Source: Selaginella moellendorffii | Lineage: Eukaryota > Plantae > Lycopodiophyta | Direction: 5' to 3' | DNA length: 64,000 nucleotides | NCBI RefSeq assembly: GCF_000143415.4 | Contig: NW_003314267.1 | Coordinates: forward strand, 1,371,524 to 1,435,523 | Part shown: one piece after another, positions 58,401 to 64,000 of the stretch | How the letters are laid out: the number at the start of each line of letters is the position of its first letter | How positions within the stretch are numbered: position 1 is the first letter of the stretch | Notes under the pieces: generated by a model | The model's database searches: none | Told to the model about the DNA's origin: nothing | What the model saw: only the letters and a program-made list of their open reading frames with translations | Made by a program: the position numbers and the translations under genes

Positions 58401-61400
58401 ACTCAACCCCTACTTGTAGCATATGTGATTTTTACCCTTTATCTTATAGTGATTTACCATAGGATAACCACAAAACAAAACCTAAACCCTTTATGTGCCA
58501 CATGTCACATGCCACGTGTCCATAGGACAGTGGTGTAGAACCCAAGTTTCAGGGCCTTGGGCCATTGAATGAAAGAATAAAGCTAAACTCCCAAACATGG
58601 AGCCAAGGAGCGATGGAACTGGACCATAGAATAACTCCCAAGTATACAACTCAAGGAGAGAAGGGACAGGAGTACGGAGTAACTTGGAACAGTCCTAGAG
58701 CATTCAGCATCCCAATGCTAGGATCAATAAGCAAAACGGAGCCAAATGGAGCCAAACAGAGTCTAGCGCTATTTCAGTATAATGCAACCCCCCTCCAGTT
58801 TAGGGTTTGTGTTAGTCTGATTCTGGTCTCAAATGCTATTTACGGAAAGTAGTTTGTGTTAGTCTCATTTTGGTCTCAAATGCTATTTACGGAAAGTGTC
58901 CAAATTTGCTTCTTTGGCATATCTATGGAAAGTAAAGATTGTTTTGAACATAATGGTGTTCGTCTCGTGTCCAAATTTGCAATCGAAACTTACTAAATAT
59001 GGAATGTCTCTAAATGGCAAATTTGGACACGAGACGAACCCCCCCCCCCTCAGGAACGCACGCTTTGGGCTTTCACCTTTAACCATCCTTAGTACCAGAA
59101 GTTAGTCTTTGGGACAAGCTTAAAACTTACTAAATATGGAATGTCTCTAGATTGCAAATTTAAATATGAGACGAACACTATTGTGTTCAAAACAATCTTT
59201 ACTTCATAGATATGCTAAATGAGCAAATTTGGACACTTTCTGTAAATAGCATTTGAGACCAGAATGAAACTAACACAAAGGGCATGATAGCGAGGGTGTT
59301 TAGCAAACATAGTAAGGTATCATCCAGCGATATTGAGAGATTAGTCTCAATACGTGAGGGTTCTTATCACTAGCCAGTGCAAGACACAATGAGACGGGAA
59401 CTCCTTACTAGGCTAAATATGCTTAGCTAATAGCACGTAGGAATTCTGTTTTTATGCTCGTCTGGTTTAAATACACTCGAAATGTCCAATTAACTCCACT
59501 AGCACAAGAGGGATTGATAAAGGGTCTAGCAATACTTACCTCCTGCCGTCGTGGCAGTAAGTAAAGAGTGTCCGTAAGGACTAGATAATAGGTAACTTTC
59601 AATACCCGAAATCACATTTGCAACACTACTAAACAATCCCATTTAGAATACAATTAACTCAACTTGCTACTTAGTTCATTTGAACGTCAATACAATTGTT
59701 AATTAGAAAATGCACAAATGCCAATAACACAAAGCTACAACTAAATCATCAACACTATCTTTATCAAGACTAATGAAACTCAATATCAATCATAAGGAGA
59801 GACATCTCACTTCACTCAAATCTCAATACCAATAATGTCAATAATAATGCATCGCTTTAATGCCATCAACACAATAATAAAGCTAATAGAAAGCATGAGT
59901 GAATCACTATTCAAATCTCTCTAACAACCAAACTAACCAAATTCGAAGATACCTTAATTAATATCTGAGACCAATCTTTCAACAATACTTTGTTTTAGAT
60001 AACACATCATCAAGAAGTGATTCACCATATCTAAAACTCAATGAAATTTAACACTATAGACTAAATGCAACCAAATAATATCAATAGAGGTAGAGTTGAT
60101 ATGCCAATATGGAAAACCCATATAAGTTTAATGATACGATGCTCCACAATACCATCTGGTAAAACAAGCCTATCACCAATAAAAATTCATTGAGTGAAGC
60201 AAGTGTTAACAATCCTTGACAAAGTGTATAAACAATCACTAAATGCAAAGCAATTAGCAATCACTCTTCAACTTGCTTTCACAAGACCCAAATACTAAAC
60301 TCATGTCATTGAGTCACATACTTGTGCAACATGAATGTAATACCTTAGATACAAGATATAGAAACATGAACAAGCATGAACTAAATGACCACTTGAATCC
60401 AACTCAACCGTAATAAGCTCACTAATGCATTTAGCCAATAGCTCTAAGCATGCTTTAAAGAGGTTAGCTATGCATAATCAATACTTAGTTGAAACTAAAG
60501 TGAAGACCATGAGATGGACCTATATTAGTATACAACCTCCTCATAAACAAAGCTATAGGATGGGTACCAATATCTCAATCTTAAACAACTAAATTGAACA
60601 TCACCATCCTCAACCAAGGCACAAGGCCACCAAAACCAAGTCAAGATTAATGAAAACTCACTACTCTCATAGAGTTTAACGAAATGTAAGATGCAATCTA
60701 CTACCAAGCATAATACTACAGAAGAAAGGCACAAGATCACCTTTCCTAAAAAAATGCAACGACCACTTTTCTATACCAACTTTAGACTCTATCCAATTTA
60801 ATTGCCTTAGCCCCAAAAGTTAAGATCCCTTTCAGGTTACAACATACATACTAAGGTCTAAGCTAACTAAAGTCAACTTCAACCTTTTCACTAGTTTGTA
60901 CTAGCTTATAAAAACAGAAAAGTTTTCGGACAAAATGATTAACAGATCAGCTATTGGAAAAGTCTAAGAAAATTTGTGGGAAATTCCATCCTAAAGAAAG
61001 AATGACTCTAAGTCCAAGAATGCAAACTTTCAAGACTCAACCAACTTCCTCCTACTAACAATTTCAAATAAGTTCACCTCAACACCAATTCTTATGATCC
61101 ATAATATGCTTAAGCCTCGAACATTATGCTCATATTTCTGACATCCAACACCGACATCCGTAAAATGCAAAATGAATATCTAAGACTTGACCACGAAAAC
61201 CATATCTTCGGATATCTATATTGCATTAACACTCTTCTTCAACCACCTTCAAGATCCAATGTGAAGCTAAAACACTAACAAGAAAATGATATTGAAAATC
61301 AAGGTATAAGGAGAATTCCTCATCACTCGAAATAACAATACCACTTCCATTGACACAAGTGCTAGTGATGTTAATGCCTTAACTACACATCTTCTCCATC

Positions 61401-63580
61401 CAACAATTTATTCCAAGTGCTAACAAATAAACCGACGAGCTATAGTAAATGAATGTTACAACCCTTTTCCAACACCTTAATGGGCAAACTCCCGAGAAAA
61501 CAAGGTATTAACTTAAACTTAGGATAATGGATCACCATTGAGAATCTAGTCAAAGCTATTCCAATGCTATTACATGCAAGTAAACTAGCTTCACTATCAA
61601 TCATTTTGGGGTTGATCATCGAATAACCAAGCAACTTCGTAAACACATTGTTCATTATCACATAGATATGATATAAGTATCACAATGACTTAATCATCAA
61701 TTAAGAAACACCACGAGCAACACCTATATCATTACTTCAAAGGTTTATATAACTATCAAGTGCCAATTCAATACGATAAAATGCAACATAAATGCCACAT
61801 TCCACCAATAGAAATTTACAACACCCAACACTATTAACTTTTGTTCACAACATGGACAAGCTCATGCCACTCTCTTTTCGACTAAACTCAAAACTAATCC
61901 AACATCAAACTACTCAAGGAGCAATAGCAAGGTTCTTCAGAAAAGAATTAAGTATTGCAACCCAAGTCTTTCAATAGTAAGCCTAGACAAAATGGTTTAG
62001 CGCTTCATTGCTATCCATCCCAAAACTCACCATTTATAAAACAATTATAACCAAGATGCATCAAAATAGAGACTCTTGATTGCATAATGTGAACACGGGT
62101 AATGAGTTAACATATCATTACAAATCATCTCTCCAAAAAGAGAAGATAATTTATGTGTCTGATCCTTCATTTCTGATGATTCTTTTTTCAATCTCATCTT
62201 TGACTAAACCTCAAGCTTATGTTTGCACTACCTTCAGTCCAATCCAAGAAAAGTTTATGAGAGAGCACAACAATGACTACTTGAACCAATAGACTAATCC
62301 CTACAGTCTTTATTGACCCACTTATAATCATGCCTAGGAAGGATCCACTAGTGCCATGCTAAATAGCTATAGACCAGCCTATTTACCACTCAAAGCAAAC
62401 CCAGGGGAGGTTTTACTTTCACCCATGGTACATGGAACAACTCATGGAACCACCAATAGGTTAACATTAATCCTGCTAACTCAAAGTGTAACCTCGAGTT
62501 GCTAATGCACCTCACTCACGAGCCCAAGCAAACTCATGTTAATATGCCTCATTCATGAGCCCAAATGTAAACTCATGTAAATAGAGCATCTTAGTCCATC
62601 TTATGAGCCCAAGAGCAAATGGTATAAAAAGGTAACCAAAATTTATACCCAAGGAACAATTACGTAGCCTTTGCACTCAAATGTGTACTCACTCAGATTA
62701 TCATTTTCATCTCTACATAACGAGACTAATTGCCCAATCTTATTGAATAGTACTCGTTGAGACTCTACCTCAGATACCAAATGTAGCACACATAGTTTTT
62801 ACCCTTTACCCTATGGTGATTTTCCATAGAATAACCACGAAGTGGAACATAAACCTTTATGTGCCATGTGTTATATGCCGTATAACACATGCCACATGTC
62901 CAATGGACAGTGGTGCGAAACCCGAGCTTCAAGGCCTTGGACCATTGAATGAAGGAATGGAATTAAACTCCTAAGCATGGGGCTAAGGAGCAACGGAATC
63001 AAATGGATGCTCTAGGATTGTTCCAAGTTACTTCGTGCTCCTGTCCCTTTGCTCCAATTAGGACAAGCTTGAAACTTACTAAATATAGAATGTCTCTAGA
63101 TTACGAATTTAGACACAGAATGAACACCATTGTATTCAAGATAATCTCTACATTCCATAGATATGCTAAATAAACAAATCTAAATACTTTCTATAAATAA
63201 CATTTAGGACTGAAATGAGACTAACACAAAGGGCATGATAGGAAAGGTGTTTGGCAGACACAATAAGCTATCATCTAGCAAATATTAAAGGACCAAGCTC
63301 AATATTGCAGAGATTCCCAACATTAGCAAGTGCAAGTCAACATCATGAGTTTCTCGTCACCGTGTTAAGTATGGTTGACTAAATGATAACTTAAGATTTC
63401 CTTTTTTAGTGCATTTCCAGTTTAAGTGCACATGTGATAACCAGTTTTTCAACTAGTTTAGGCGAAGACTAATAAAGGATTCAGCAATACCAACCTCCTA
63501 CTGTCGTGGCAGTAAGGAAAGAATATCTGAAAAAACTAGCTAATAGGTAACTTTTGATACCCAAAGTCACATTTGTGGCA
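55473..63580 (-). mobile_element. Old degenerate LTR element E
   Basis: Related LTRs 55473-56577 (followed by a C-run, PPT rc) and 62782-63580 (preceded by ctcagataccaaa, iMet PBS rc); the AT-drifted interior has no long ORFs. Confidence 0.75.
58415..59625 (-). mobile_element. Solo LTR of family E nested in element E
   Basis: TGTAGC...GCAACA with perfect TSD CTACT. Confidence 0.85.
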
Positions 63581-63703
63581 ATATTAATGTAGTGAGATTT
63601 TAATAGCCATCAAATTTGTTTTCATTTATACCACTCACTTTTGTATATAAATTATAGTTTTCTGGTTAATCATTATATATTCCATTTATTCCATACACTC
63701 ACA
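63581..63703 (+). mobile_element. Degenerate family-A LTR, 3' part (5' part probably 55446-55472)
   Basis: atattaatgtagtgagattttaatagcc...ccactcac..tgtatataa...cactcaca aligns to the A LTR. Confidence 0.65.
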
Positions 63704-63756
63704 ATATTATATATATATTAATAATATTAATAATTTAACAAAATAATAAATTAATT

Positions 63757-64000
63757 TGTGAGGTACAAGTTAATGCTATTGTAATGGGATTTTGGTAACT
63801 GTTATATTGCTTTCAATCCAAACCACTCACTTATATATATAAATTCAAGTTTTGCGCTAATTAATATGCATATTCATGTATTCCATTTCCATATTCCATG
63901 CATTCACATTAGTGGAGTTATCCTTAAGGAGTGCTTAGATTTGAGATTTTGGTTTAGATTTATCTTTTACATCATTTAAATCTCACTTTTCTTATAACTT
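63757..64000 (+). mobile_element. Another old family-A element: 5' LTR (63757-63908), degenerate PBS and leader
   Basis: TGTGAGG...TTCACA, then ttagtggag and gagtgcttagatttgagattttggtttagat, matching 9415-9485. Confidence 0.75.

Overview
Plant genomic DNA, probably a lycophyte such as Selaginella (inferred from an intronless PLS/E-class PPR gene and 47-70 nt introns). The first ~9 kb hold the PPR gene, a small duplicated unknown gene, and a multi-exon gene encoding a very divergent proteasome-beta (Ntn-hydrolase)-like protein with an HG|T processing site formed by splicing. From 9240 on, the window is a deep nest of transposons. (A) An old short-LTR Ty3/gypsy element with a GGGAAC-type (G GGA AAC) slippery site plus pseudoknot; its LTRs appear to bracket 9240-54656. 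(S) A ~14-kb TIR DNA transposon (11857-34834 including a nested insertion) with a Sola-like DDD transposase and a divergently transcribed cargo gene (ParB/Srx-like + degenerate beta-class DNA-methyltransferase-like + FCP1-like HAD); at least 22 copies of a 22-bp palindrome are spread through it, including its introns and coding exons. (B) A full-length chromovirus (16428-25515) whose integrase is interrupted by 2-3 precise GT-AG introns. (C) Nested non-autonomous elements with satellite-bearing LTRs. (D) A young element with gag but no visible pol (41140-46881). (E) An old decayed LTR element (55473-63580). Best candidates for new biology: the ParB/MTase-carrying transposon with its parS-like palindromes, the intron-split integrase, and the orphan proteasome-beta-like gene. 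All domain calls are by-eye motif recognition; no searches were run.
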